64,000 nucleotides of DNA from Octopus sinensis (Eukaryota). Position numbers and translations under genes: made by a program. Location: the NCBI RefSeq assembly GCF_006345805.1, contig NC_042999.1:138198001-138262000 (forward strand). The letters are read 5' to 3'. Positions within the stretch are counted from its first letter, which is position 1; every line of letters begins with the position of its first letter. The notes under the pieces were generated by a model. It was not told the DNA's origin, did not search any database, and saw only the letters and a program-made list of their open reading frames with translations. Shown here piece after piece: positions 1 to 14,275 of the stretch.

Positions 1-16
1 GAAGAACGGTGCTTGC

Positions 17-59
17 CATGCGCTGACGAGAGGCGACCACCTCGAAACCGGTCCGTGTG
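17..59 (+). ncRNA. Minimal type I hammerhead ribozyme (dimer-type, palindromic stem III)
   Basis: Stem I CAUGCG(17-22)/CGUGUG(54-59); core CUGACGA (23-29); stem II GAGG/CCUC (30-33/40-43); GAAA (44-47); palindrome ACCGGU (47-52); GUC cleavage triplet ending at 53. All invariant core nucleotides are present. Confidence 0.8.
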
Positions 60-225
60 TAGTATCCGTATCTTCGGGGAGGTTGATCTCCCTTTACAGG
101 CTAGCAAGGACACCGTGATGGTGTCGGCTCTCCTGGTGACGTCCATAGTCGCCTGGGGCTAAATGCATCAGTAACACCCCCACCACCCCGCCCTGTCCCT
201 AGCCACATTCAGATGGCTGGTCCCG

Positions 226-227
<2 letters not shown>

Positions 228-278
<51 letters not shown>

Positions 279-390
279 CTATATATGTGTGTATATATAC
301 ATGTGTGTGATTATATATGTGTGTATATATGTGTATGTATATGTGTGTGTATATGTATGTGTGTATATACATATATATACACATACATAT
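228..390. repeat. Compound (TA)n/(TG)n microsatellite
   Basis: Directly visible dinucleotide runs. Confidence 0.95.
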
Positions 391-788
391 AGCCGTAGGC
401 GTGGGTGTGTGGGAAGAAGTTTGCTTAATAACCACATGGTTCCAGGTTCAGTCCAACTGCGGGATACCTTGGGCAAGTGTCTTCTACTAACCACTCCGTT
501 GTACCCCCAGTGCGAAACCTATTGGTAAGATCGGCCGTAATGGTTATATAATACTGTACACTTCGGATATGTGTGTGTGTGTCTGAATCTGTTTGTCCTC
601 CCACTGTTGATTGACAATCGATGTTTGTGTTTGTTTCCGTAACTTAGCGGTTCGGCGAAAGGGGTCCGATACAATAAGTACCAGGTTTTAAAATAAAAAT
701 GTACTGGGGTTGATTTGCTGGAGTAAAATTCTTCAGGGTGGTGCCCCCTGTATGGCCGCAGTCTAACGACTGAAACAAGAGGTAAAAG
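391..788 (+). mobile_element. tRNA-derived SINE family A (MIR/CORE-like head, internal microsatellite), diverged copy
   Basis: Head GGCGTGGGTGTGTGGGAAGAAG...GGTTCAGTCC...ACCTTGGGCAAGTG and 3' end GGTGCCCC..ATGGCCGCAGTC..GACTGAAAC match the copy at 19408-19810. Confidence 0.85.
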
Positions 789-1634
789 TTATTGGATTTG
801 GTTTGCAAAATTCTTGATATGAATCCGTGTGTTGGAACAGCTCCTGTGTCAGGCAGTTATTACGCCAATGATAAAGAACACACTTCTTTATAGTTAGTCA
901 ATCGCTTAAATATCTAACCAACTAACTGATCGATCGTTTGTTTAATGTGTTACTTAAACAATCAATCAGTTTCTTGTTTGTCAAAATCTATTCTGCGCAA
1001 TTCATGACAGCAACAATGACATACTCCCTCTCTTCAAGGTCTGCCTTGAGTTTATACATACATACATACATACAAATACGCATTTAGATACATATACATA
1101 CTTACATATACATACACATGTATTGATTGTGAAGATGATGTTGAATGGGCCTTGACAAGAAATTTGATTGTTCTCTTAGTATAGTCAAAGCATCAGTAAA
1201 CGCTTAGTTTTTATTCAAATTGCTTTAAAATAATATTGTTGTAACATTTACATAAATTACATACATATATATATATATATTTGTATTTATATTCATGTAA
1301 CATCGTCTGTTTTTCTGTCCTTGATTTCGTATACATTCGATGCTTTTTTCCAAGGAATCTAATGCTCGTAGCTTAGTTTTTCCTTGGGGCTGGCCAGATT
1401 GGAACAATCTCAAGATTAATCAGCCGAAATTGCGAGGATGATCTGGTTCTTGACTGAGGATAGAAGGCTTCGAATGACCCTGTTTTCTTCCTCCAACCTT
1501 CCCTAATTCCCTTTTTCTCCCCAACCTCCTTCACCGTTTCTATCTGTCTCTCTCGCTCTCTCTCGCTCCTTTTTCAACTTTTCTCTCTCATATTGGAAAA
1601 TGAATTTTTAGATCACTTATGCCGCAGAAGCTTA

Positions 1635-3928
1635 CACTAGTCAACAATTTTTGAAAAGTTGTGCGTTTCTTAAATGAGATTAGTTAATTCTTATGTATTT
1701 TCATATTCTGGACCCAAATATCACCTTGAACAATGCTTATTAGCTATAGGCTTAAAGATACACAGCGTTTGTAATTATGTTTTAAGTTCTAGTCTGTATC
1801 TACTCTCTGCCCTTTTACTTGACGTTTTTAGTGGGCTGATGAATCATATCTTGCCAATGTCCAGCAACAGTCTACAACCATTATTGTGCTCCATTTGCCC
1901 TGATACCGATTTTCTGTGGTTGAAATATTTTGGTGAACCTTTTCACCATGTTCGTCACTAACTACCCTACAGTTCGATGGAAAAAAAGTCTAAATGTGAG
2001 TCTAAAGAGTGGATTTTAAGCAACATGTTACATTGCACGATCTTGTAAGTCTTGATGAGGTTTTCCACAAATTTTTCATTGTTTCCTTTCCTTCTGTTTC
2101 CGAGAAATCCCTTCGCCATTAACATGAATGCTTGCCAAGCAGCTTTCTCCTCCCCGTGATGGGTTAATCCAGATTTTAAATTTTTATGAAACTCTCGAAT
2201 CTGAGGACCAACGAAAATTCCCTCTTTTATCCTAGCGTCGCTCAATGAGGGGAATTTTGATGTTAAATACTTGAATGCCTGACTGGATTTGTCCATAGCT
2301 TTTACAAAGATTTTCATGAGCCCCAGTTTTATGCGTAATGGTAGTAGCAAAATTTTGTTTAGTTCAGTGAGAAGTGGGTGTTGAACATTTTTCCTCCCAG
2401 GCTCCACTGATTGATGAGGTGGCCAGTCTCTCCTGATATAGTGAGGACCTCTTCCACGGTTGTCCCATTCACACAGACAGCAACAGTACTTGGCATATTA
2501 GCCTTGTGAGCCCATCACAATAGCAACAACCTTCAAGTCACCACAGAGCTGCCATTGATATTCATTATATTTTATGCATTGCAGCATATACTTTATATTC
2601 TCATAGGTTTCTTTCATATACGATGCATAGCTGCCATTATGCAGCAAGACACCTTTCAGACTAGTTTTTGATGAATCCATGAATAGTCTCCAGTGACTGG
2701 ATTCGTATTCAATACCAAGTGCTTCCATCAGATCATTAATATTGTTGCATGCCAATAAATCGCCTTCCATTATGTAAAAGCTGCTGAACTGCTGCTGATG
2801 ATGGAGAAAAATTTTGAACTCTTCACATCAACTGCTAGAACATTCCACTGTTGAAGACGAGAACCTAGCAGCTCTATTTCATTCTTAGGCAGTTTTTGAT
2901 CTATTGCAAGATCATGAAGTTACTCTTGTGTTATGAGATGTCGTCTAGAGGAGTGTACTTCATAAAAAATTTGGGTCACTCTATAATCCAGCACTGTCAT
3001 CCGTTTCTGCTTCCTCCTCACTACTTTCTTCATCTTACTCGTTAGACACCGAAGTTGACGCCTCAGGAACAGGTAGATCTTCTCCATGTGGAACTGGACG
3101 AATAGGGGACGGAATGTTTGGATATTCAACGGACTTCTTTTTCTTCTTTGATTAGCCCTTTTCTTACTGGAGGTATCGGGCAGAAATAACAATTGTTGGT
3201 ATGGTCTGTTGGCTCCCGCCACGTCATTGGCAGAGCAAAAGGCATTCCTTTCCTCTTCCTGTTCAACTATTGGCGAAGGTTAATAGCACAAGTGTTGTAA
3301 CATATGTGAGCAGCCCACTTCTTATTCTGGTCGCCAATCTTGCATCCGAAATATAGGTGATATGTCTTAAAACCATAGCAGTTATACCGCGCTTCTATGA
3401 TGCAAATGTCGCCTCGCCACAAATGTAGAAGTTGTCTGCTTCATTCACACCAAATGCGAGACATCCGAAAGAAGAAAACAACAAACAATTAGAAGATAAA
3501 CAGAAAATTCATTCATAAATTCATCATTATAATACAGAACATGACAGCTTAGCAGAAATATTTATATAATTCGGTAGCAAAATAAAATTAATATAAAATG
3601 CCGCATACATACCAATGGCTTGCTCAATGAATATTTATTATAAGTTTTAAAAGTGACTGACTAAGAAAATCACCGACCTTTCATCGCAATATATAAACTT
3701 GCACAGCACAATCACCTCCTATGACTGCTTGAAAAATACTGAAGGGCAGTGGGACTGTGTGTTAAGAAACACATTGCCGCAATCCTGTTGGAACCTGTTG
3801 TGACTCATATGTGTATCTTGAAAATAGAGCCACCAAACAGTTTTAACCATGATATTCATTATCAGCGACCTAAAATTAGTTGGAAATTGCTTCTCTGGTC
3901 TCAGAAATATTTTGGTTCTTGACCAGTG
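1635..3928 (-). mobile_element. Chapaev-like (CMC superfamily) DNA transposon, both ends present, transposase disrupted by stops and frameshifts
   Basis: TTA flanks on both sides (1632-1634, 3929-3931). Termini CACTAGTCAACAA and revcomp CACTGGTCAAGAA. Minus-strand peptides: YFGCKIGDQNKKWAAHIC..TC, MPFALPMTWREPTDHTNNCYFC, WRLFMDSSKTSLKGVLLHNG, WQLCGDLKVVAIVMG, LLPLRIKLGLMKIFVKAMDK, LLKIHSLDSHLDFF. The family name is recalled from memory and needs a database check. Confidence 0.8.
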
Positions 3929-4980
3929 TTATAGGAACAACCAGGGCTGGGCTGGTGCTGAATCCCACCCCCTCCATTAGCATCGCCGCATCCGCCGCCG
4001 CTGTCAACTCCCCCCAACACTTACTGACGTAAATTCTCACTCCTACAATATTCCCACAACTATCGCGACGAACACGTCATGTTTTCAGACACATAACTTA
4101 TTGACACTATTAACCTCTTGACACCCGCATTGATTGATCCCTCTGATGTATTGACACACCTAACCTTATCATAATACCCACAACTCAAGCTTTTCTATTT
4201 ACTTTGTACATTTTCTGAGAAACTGAACAAAACAAATCTATTTTTACCTTTTATCTTGTCTGTCTGTGAAAGTTACATCTAGTCGAACCACCAACCTCAC
4301 TTTGAGTCCGCTGTTAAGGCACTTTAACTCTGAGATAAAATCAGTCCACTTAAATGTAAATAGGTTGTCTTAGCAGTATCATAAGGCCCTCACCGGGTAA
4401 GGCGTTGCTCTGGAGACACTTCATTTTCAAACAGCGTACAGAGATAAGCAGTAGGTCCTTAGATATGTAGGGCCTGAGCAGTTACTCATTACATCCATAA
4501 CTTAATGCGGCATTGATCACAAGGTAGAAACTACTCAATGCTCTAAGCTAGAGTTTCTCAACGCGGGTAGTACGCTTCCTACCAAGGGTCACTGAGCATA
4601 TCAAAGGCTTTAGGGAGAGGTGAAGTAACATAATTAACATTCTACAGTAGTATTTATATTTTAGATGATAAAACTAGCAATGGTTATTAAAATAAAATGA
4701 GATCCCATCAGGCACTGTATAAAGTAAATTTACTTTTGTCTTTATTAATTTTGTATCATTTCACTGTTAGAAGCTTATACAATCCATTTTTAGCGTAAAA
4801 TTCATAAATTATAACCCATTTAGTCGCAATACCTCACTCACCATTTAAGTGGTCTCTAGGTATAACAACTACTTCAGAGGGAGTCGTTGAAAAATAATAA
4901 AGGTTAAGAACCACTATTCTAAGTTGTGCCAGTTCGCTTCGGAAAACTGAAAATTGGTAAATATTAATGTTTTGTTCAAA

Positions 4981-5145
4981 GGCGATGAGCAAGCAGAACC
5001 ATTAGCGTGCTTAATAAAACGCTTAGCGGTATTTATCCGGTTTTACGTTCTGATTTCAAATTCTCTCGAGATCAACTTTGCATTTCATCCTTTCGGGATC
5101 TATGAAAATAAGTACCAGTCGAGCACTGGGCGCGATGTGACTGAG
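4981..5145 (+). mobile_element. SINE family B, diverged partial copy
   Basis: Similar to 24582-24812 (GCTTAGCGGTATTT...TTCAAATT...CTTTGCATTTCATCCTTTCGGG...AAGTACCAG). Confidence 0.75.
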
Positions 5146-5389
5146 TAGCACCTTCCAGTGCATCCAATTTCTGACCAAGTACTTACTAAGTGTTTAGTCC
5201 TACTTTTCCCATATCGCTGATGTTTAATCTCTGGTGTTAATCACTGGATAACTGTGATGGTTGAGGTGCTGATGTGGAGAGTGATAATTCGGAATGCTGG
5301 GCACTTTCTTAAAGACTTCTCATACTATATGAAAATATGCAAGACAGTTCTGAAGTTCAAAATGTGTTTTTGTTTTTGTAATCAACAGG

Positions 5390-5650
5390 CGCAGGTATAG
5401 CTGTGTGATTGAGAAGCTTGCTTCCCAACTATGTGATCTTCTAATCAGTCCCACTGCAGGACAAGTATCCTCTACTTTATCCCCGGACCGACCAAAGTTA
5501 TGCAAGTGGATTTGGTAGGCGGAAACTGAAAGAATGCTGCTATACAATATACATGTGTATCTTTGTGTATATTTTTGTGCGTTTTATGTTTGCCCTTCCT
5601 CCACCACTGCTTGACAATCGGTATTGGCGTATCTGTGTCCCTATAAACTG
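5390..5650 (+). mobile_element. SINE family A, diverged partial copy
   Basis: GCTGTGTGATTGAGAAGCTTGCTTCCCAAC...GACCAAAG...GTGGATTTGGTAGGCGGAAACTGAAAGAA. Confidence 0.8.
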
Positions 5651-6075
5651 CTATTGTCTAAAAACTCTTGTTTGCAACCCTCAAACGCTACCCCAACTCA
5701 TTTGACTATCTGGTAATTGTAGCCCACACTGGTCGTCGCCAGTACGTGCATCTATGACTGCATCGATATTATATGTGTATATATGTATATGGCTATCTAT
5801 ACCCTGTGTACGAGTGTGTGAACAATAATAGTGCAATGTCCTTGTGATGTAGTTATAGTGAACGTATCTTTACTATATGTTGTTATAGCTTATTTAGCGC
5901 CGCTTTGTATTTTTTAATTTGTTCATATACGATCTATGGTTTTGTCAGAGCGAAAGTAAAATGGGAGCTTTGGGAATTTGTTATACATTAATTTAAATGC
6001 TCAATTGGTGAAATATCTAGTATTTGAGTTTTGTATTTTTTCACGACTAATAGCCAATCCGTTTGTCAGGATATA

Positions 6076-6510
<435 letters not shown>

Positions 6511-6660
6511 ATGTACAGAGATTTTTTTCTTTAACTGAAGCTAAGAGATTGTCTCGCAAATTGTCTCCCAAAAGTTAAACAGTTTCGTTTGAAGATAGCA
6601 ACGACATGAAACTCGAGCTGTGAGGCAATCTGTTTCAGACTCAATAAAAAGCATAACTAA

Positions 6661-6838
6661 GGCCGCGAGGTGGCTGAAACGTTAGCGCGCCGGGCAAAAT
6701 GCTTAGTGGTATTTCGTATGTCTTTACGTTCTGACTTCAAATTCTGCCGAGGTCGACTTTGTCTTACATCCTTTCGGAGTCGATAAATTAAGTAACCAGT
6801 TGCGTACTGGGGTCGATCTAATCGACAGAACCCCTCCT
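6661..6838 (+). mobile_element. SINE family B copy
   Basis: GGCCGCGAGGTGGCTGAAACGTTAGCGCGCCGGGC...GAGGTCGACTTTG...GTCGATAAATTAAGTAACCAG...CTGGGGTCGAT. Confidence 0.85.
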
Positions 6839-7652
6839 CTATAACATGTCTTGAGTGTTCATTTTTCATTCGTTCAATATCAAGCACCGTGTGTGGTGTG
6901 TGTGTGTGTGTGTGGTGTGTGTATACACATACGATTCGTTTGTGGATGCCGTCCTGCAGATGAAAGCACACAATTCATTACAGAGTTATATATGTTTTTA
7001 TATAGTAATTCCGTGTAAATTTGGCATTGACTCACGTTTGTTTCATGTTCGGATGTTCGAGTGAAACATCTTCGCTGGTATGAACGAAGATGAATCGCCT
7101 TATCCATTTATCAGGATTTGTTGGTAATTTACGATATATTATAGTAGCTGAGAGAAAGTAATAAAATTGAGATAGGGTGGACTCTTTGTAAATCTATAAG
7201 TTATAACTCTGAAAATTTGTATTTACTCTCTTATAAGCTCTTACACATGCGCACGCGCGCACACACACACAGAATTATATCGAGCTGCCTGTACCAGGTG
7301 TCTTGGTCCCTTTCATTACTGATAACGTACGAATATATGTATTTATTTGTTACTTGATAGATAGATAGACAAAGAGATAGACATGTAACTAGCTAGATAG
7401 ATAGTGAGATACCCAAGTGGAGACAGGCAGGTGGATACGAAAGCCCTCAGAATAGCTGGAAGATTGATTATGATAGGCAAGGGGATATATATATGATGAC
7501 AAATGATCGAGTAAATGTAATATCGCGTTATCGATAGCAAGTCTACGCCCCTTAATCATGGAGAAAAATATTACGTTTTTTACGAATACCTTTAAATACA
7601 TACAAATATATACATACATACATTCACGCACGCACACACGCACACACACACA

Positions 7653-7683
<31 letters not shown>

Positions 7684-9361
7684 CCACATACACACAAACA
7701 CACACATACACATACGCACACACAGGTAGGCAAAGAAGAGAGAAAGGGGACACATCTTTTAAATTTATTCAGAACACATTTTCACTATAAAAAGTCAGAG
7801 GAACTTTTTGCCTACGTTAGTCATAATATTTAGGAAGGAGATGGGTGTATACATACACACTCATATAGAAATTTACATTTCAGATAAGAAATTAATTCTT
7901 GTATCCTTTACATAAGCATTTCTCAGTAAATCATAAGTATAGGAAGATTTTTAATAGGCGCTCGATTAAAATATATAGCTGCTGCCCCAATATGAAGAAC
8001 ATTAGCACTCGTAAACATCACCGAGTGTTCACTCTCAATGTTGAGACCCCGAAGCTTGCCCTCTTAACCAGGTGTGTATTAAAGTATTATAGACTCCCTC
8101 GTAAATGAAGCAAAAGTTACAGCAACGCTTTGCAATAACCTAATCGAAAAGAAAAATTATATCGGGTTGTGCGAAGGCGAATTCAAAAGAGCTTACAGAA
8201 ACCTTTCCGGCACATCGACAAAAGTAAAGTCACTAAGTTGGCTAGCTATCTATGGGAGCACACAATGGAATTGAACCCCAAACCATGCAATTTATGATGC
8301 AAAATTCATAACTACACAGCTACGTTTGCGTCTAACAGAGTCTTTGTTTTTAGAATTGTATTTTTCAACGAAAAGCTGTTACATGTATTCATGCATGCAA
8401 ATGGTTATGGATACACACATATATGAATCATATATAAATATGTATAAATTTACATATATTTGCATTGTTATACTTATGTACTTATGTGCTTAAAAATATC
8501 ACTATCTGTTATCGGAAATGGTTCCACATTTTCAAATCTCTCATTACATTACAAAGATATCTTCTGAGAAAATAATTTCTAAAAAATATTGAACATGTAA
8601 TTATCGTGGCTCTCGAACAATGGGCCTTGTAAGTACGAATAGTTAAGATAGTTTAGAAGCAATCCAAAGATACTCATCATACATATTTTCATTATCACGT
8701 AAAACTAAATTGTTCTCAATTGACGCCATTATGAATGAGTATCGGCGGACTGACATCTCAAAATGTATTCATAAGCAACATTACAAAGAGAATTATATAC
8801 ACATTTTATTCTGTATGGCAATGATCACTATTATAATATTCATTGATTTATACATATATTTATATATATATATATATATATATAATTAGGCTACCACTTA
8901 TTTTACTATTTCCTCGAGGAAAATAATATGAAAAAAGAAATTCATTGAAACGGTAAGTTAATAGATTAATGATAGCGATGATAATAATGTTAATAACAAC
9001 AACAACAGTTGAGACAGCGCCGAATATCTTTAATGTATAGAAAAAAATATTAATCCCGATGAAAAGCTTATACAAATTTATTAATGAAATTTACCCTTTC
9101 GCGATTCAGGTAATGAATATTATATGGCATTGAATGGAAAAATAATGGCGGAAACGTTGAGGTAAGTAGGTAAGTAACTGGCAATATCTATGGTTATTAA
9201 TATGTTAGATAGAACAATGATAGCAGGATGGCGGAAACGTTTGCGATTAAAGTATTTAGTCTGCCTTCATTTTTTGAATTAAAATACTGAATGAGTCGAC
9301 TTTGCCTTTGTTTCTTCTGGGATTGAAAAAATATGTACCAGGCATATACTGGAAGTAATTT

Positions 9362-9561
9362 TTAGTTTTTACTTGTTTCAGTCGTTCATCTGCGTCATGC
9401 TGGGGCACCGGCTTGGAGGGTTTAATCGAACAAATCAGCCCCAAACTTATTTTTTAAGCTTGGTATTTACTCCATCGTTTTCTTATGCCAAACCGCTAAG
9501 TTACGGAAAGCAAACAGAGCAACACTATTTTCAAGCGGTGGTGGGGGAAAAATAGCATACA

Positions 9562-9611
<50 letters not shown>

Positions 9612-9756
9612 CGACAGGCTCTCTGTTTCCATCTACCAAATCCACTCACAAGGCTTTAATCTTCCTTGGGTTATAGTACAAGATATTTACCTAAGTTGCC
9701 ACGCAGTGGGACTGAACACAGAACCACGTCGTTGGGAAACAAGAAACCGTTTGCCA
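9362..9756 (-). mobile_element. SINE family A copy
   Basis: Reverse complement of family A, including the internal (CA)n, TCTACCAAATCCACTCACAAGGC and GCCACGCAGTGGGACTGAAC. Confidence 0.85.
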
Positions 9757-11070
9757 ATTATATAAATTCCCATCGTAATGAAAAAGGCAGCTATTTGGCA
9801 GAAAATGTAGGATGTTCGCCTAGTATATTACTGTATTTGAATTTTAGTTTTAGCTGACATCGAAGTTAACGTTCATTCATCCCCCAGGAAATATTCTGAG
9901 GGATGAATACAGATCATATTTTACAGTTCACGTATCTGTATTACTTCCCTTAACAATATTTATTAGTTGTTTCGAGTTAAAAATGGAGGCGAATTATCAG
10001 ACACGGAAAGAGTCGCTCTAATCATTTTTATGTTTCTTGTCTTTGCAGTTTCTGCCAAACCTGATAAAATCCAACGACAATATTACTACGCCCTTACATT
10101 CCTCCATTTTTCCAGTCCATCATTGGTAAATGATGAAAATTCTGTTACGTTGTCTATGCTGTCAATTCCGCAGAGAATATTAAACCCACAAATTTACGTC
10201 TTCAAGCTAACGAAACAGAAATGTTACTACAGTGCCTCAATCTAACAAGAGACGTAAACATTTTCGTTTTGTAAAATATTTCCCTCGCTGTCGTCACTCT
10301 TATTGTTATTGATATCATCATCATCACCACCTTTTCCACTTCAGTGAATCTCCTTTTCTTCTCTAGGCCTAGGAAATAGAAAAATACATGGCTGAAATAT
10401 AAATATATAAAATCAATGAATATTATAATAGTGATTGCTGCCATAGAGAATAAAATTTGTATATAACACCTTGGCGAGGTTTGTTATGTATAGACTTTCG
10501 GCTGTCAGGCTGCCGCTCTCTATTGATAAAGGCGTCAGTTTGGAACAAGTCATGGTTTACGTGAGAGTGATATTTACTAAGGATGAGTTTCGTTGTGTTG
10601 CTTTTAAAATATTTGTCCAGGTCGTCATAATGATTCGAATTTGTAAGACACATTGTTCGAAATAATTATTTGTTCAATATTCATTACAGATTATTTTATC
10701 AGAAATTATTATTTTTTAAAAATGTAATATAAGACTCAAAACTTTAATCTATTTCTCACATCAGGTTACAATATTTTTTAAGCGCGTAAGAGAATCATTT
10801 AATCATAATTATGTGAATATGTGTAAATCTATAAATATTTCCATATGATTCATGTATGTGTGTGTATAACCATTTGCGTGCATGCATGAGTACTTGTAAT
10901 AACTTTTTATTTGAAAGTGAAATCTGAAAACAAGATTTTGTTTGGTGCAGACATAGCAGTGAGGTTAATGGATTTGCTTCACAACTGCACGGTCCCGGGT
11001 TCATTTCGTTGGTCCAATGTCTTCTGTCATAGCTTATTTAAATAAAGAACGTCGTTCAATCCATTTTCTG

Positions 11071-11199
<129 letters not shown>

Positions 11200-11595
11200 G
11201 ATATAGATCCTCTGTTAAGGTTAAGTCTAAGATATATACTGATTTTAAGGATGCTAGTTGTGTGCTGCTCATACGTATGGATAGATCTGATAATGTTTTC
11301 TTGCAGTGTTTGTGTTTCTTTGTAACGTTGAAGAAGATCAGATTGGCATAACTCTATCTGTAGATGTTTTCGAGATCTCTATTCATGGTTAATATTTGGT
11401 GTGACAGGATAACAATTGTACAATGTTGGGCAGGAATGGAAGTTTGTATCATCCGCCAGTAGTGTGCATCTAAAATATATGCACCAATCCCAATGGCTGT
11501 GCGTACTAGAAAGAGACACCAAAAGAATCAGTGCATTTTTCGTGATAGGATACGAACCACTCATCAATCTTTTAGGTAAGTCTCTTACTACCCTC

Positions 11596-12722
11596 TCTGG
11601 ATTGGATAAAATAATGGAAATACCACTTTATTTAACATTTTTCCCTCTAGTCTGTATATATATATTTATTGGCATTATGAATGCTACGTACATTCTTATA
11701 CAGAGCCTCCGTTTTTCTATTTTTTGCGGATATTCATATCTTTGTAAGGTAAAATGTGTGGCCTACCTGATTTTCAAGAAAGTAAATTGTTGAAGCACGG
11801 ATAGCTAGAGTTTCAGTCACAAAAACTGAGGAATTGCTTACTGTTTCGAGAGGTACAGTCTTTTGAATCATGTTGGCATTAAAAAAAATGATAAAAACAG
11901 CTGTGGTAAGTATAATTCTGGACGGAAAGCAAAACTCACAGAGAGGAAGCGCAGAATAGTGAATTGTATTGTGAACTGTGACAAAAACTATCGAAATACC
12001 GCATCAAAAGTGACAGCAGAGCCAAATCACCAACTTGCCAACCCTGCGTTGACCAAAACCGCTCGTCCTGAGTTCTGTAAGATACCACTGAACGGCTGCA
12101 ATTTCTAACTCTCTGTGGTATACCTTTGGCATATACTCATCGAAAAAATGGCGTCTAGACTATAAGAAATTGTCATTGGTTCACCGTTTAATCTTTGGAG
12201 GAAGTTTATGTGCGGACATAACCCAAAATAAGCTTTCAATCCTGACTGTTTGGCCTCCACCATGAGGCATAGAAATCGTTCTGTGATTATTTGGGCAGCT
12301 ATATCACAGAATCAACGCGGAAGGTTCTGTGAATACTTTAGTGGGTCATATCTTTTCTATTCTATAATTATTGTTCTCAGATAGTAGCGCAAGTTTTTAA
12401 GACGATAATGTACCGATTCAAACGATTAATGTTATTCAAAATTAGAACGAAGAGCACAAAAGTGAAGACAACTTGGAATGCCCCCATCCAATCCCTGGTT
12501 CTCTATATAATCGAATATTTATGATATATTGTATATTTTGGGGTAGTAAGTGAGGGGCCGCGACCCTTCACCATCGTCGCTGAAAGAACTAAAGCAGGTT
12601 TTACTAAAAATTCCTCTAACGACCGTTCACAACCTGTACGAGCCGATTCGTCGGTGCATTAAAGCTATGACTAATAAAACTTCCACTTCATATGGTGTTT
12701 CCATTATTTTGCTCAACCTCTG
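11596..12722 (+). mobile_element. Degenerate Tc1-like transposon
   Basis: Inverted ends GGATTGGATAAAATAATGGAAATACC and GGTGTTTCCATTATTTTGCTCAACCTCTG|TA. Remnants SGRKAKLTER, SVIIWAAIS, FxDDNVPI, PSSLKELKQVL..IPLTTVHNLYEPIRRCIKAM. Confidence 0.75.
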
Positions 12723-13600
12723 TATGTGTGTATGTATCTATGTTTGTATTTGTGCTGGTATGTAATTATATACGACCTATATATGTTTATATACATACAT
12801 TCATATAGTCATAAAAACACACTAATACACACGAATAAGTTTTTGCAATGTCACTCAGCATTGAAAACTATAAAACCTAACACAATAAGAATGATGCAAT
12901 ACTTAATACAGTGAAGTTTCGATATGTTGAAATATTAAGCTTTCTTCTTTAGATTAATTAGGGTGACTCAGCTCTTGGCTCTATATTCTATGCCCTATTT
13001 AAATATATCTTTATCAGACAAATGTAAATGTAAAAACTACAACGTACCAGACTATTGATTATGTTAACCATGGTTGTGTGATTAAGAAATTTTATTCCAC
13101 TACACCATACCTTGGGCTATTTACCTTGTACGATAGTCCCAGTTTTACAAATGACGAGTGAAGGAACTGACAAAAATTATGTACAGCTAAGTTACGTTTT
13201 CTTATATAAAGGGGTACAACTCGATACACTCATTCACGTGGGTAAAAAGGAACACCACGCGCATACATACGCACACATATCCAATATGTTTCTGCACATG
13301 TTCTTTATACGAAATGTTGGTCACTAGTAATTAATATATTCATATCCACGACAGATATATACAACTGCAAAAATTTGACGATAAGCTCTAGTTTCTCTGT
13401 CTCCAAGTGTGTTGTAGGGGTAACCACCACACCAAATCGTGCACGCATGTTGATTAAGTTGACGTGAATTTCGTCCCAATATTTTTTAAAACCGCTTTAT
13501 ATAACCAATAGAAGGGTCACCACAGGCTTTTTCTCTGCACCGTAATAGATCTTGATTAAAAGTAAAAAGACAAGCGTACTGTCATCATACATACATACAT

Positions 13601-13660
<60 letters not shown>

Positions 13661-13759
13661 GTGTGTGTGTGTGCGTGTGTGCGTGTGTGTGTGTGTGTAT
13701 GTGTCTGTGTATGTATATATATATACTACATACCCTGTACCGGCAAGCTCTCAATGGGG

Positions 13760-14275
13760 ACAGTAGGATATTACACTAGTTGGCTCAGGCAGAGACAAAA
13801 CTGATCCCAAAATGCAGAACCACCCACATGGCAAAAACTACTGGCCAATTGCATGCCAGAACTTAATGTATAACTTATATACAGCATGTTTAAACTTCTT
13901 CACAGCAGAACGAGTTGCTGGGAAGAAAGCTGTCTGACGATGTGCCGAGCAATTGTTAATAAACAAAACTGTAATGTCAGTTATGCGGGAGGATAGAAGA
14001 AACCTAGTTTCAACTTGGTTAGATTGCAAGAAAGCCTTTGACTCTGTTCCCCACTCATGGATGTTAGAAGCCCTTCAACTTGCTAAAGTTCCAGTGAGCA
14101 TAGTCAAAGGCATTGTTGACCTGACTTCATTGTGGGCCATCATCTTGAAATTAAACACAAAGCGTGACTGTATTATCACCGATAGAATGCAGTATCGCAG
14201 AGGCATATTCCAAGGGAACAGCCTCTCTGTGATGTTGGTTGTACTTTCTATAAACTGCTTGTCATTCATGCCCGT
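13760..14275 (+). mobile_element. R4/Dong-type non-LTR retrotransposon RT fragment
   Basis: KNYWPIACQNLMY; EQLLINK..WLDCKKAFDSVPHSWM; RRGIFQGNSLS. Confidence 0.8.

Noticed and set aside
1388-1435. GGCTG..CAGCC-GAAA hairpin
   Set aside because: No upstream CUGANGA and no valid stem III or cleavage triplet
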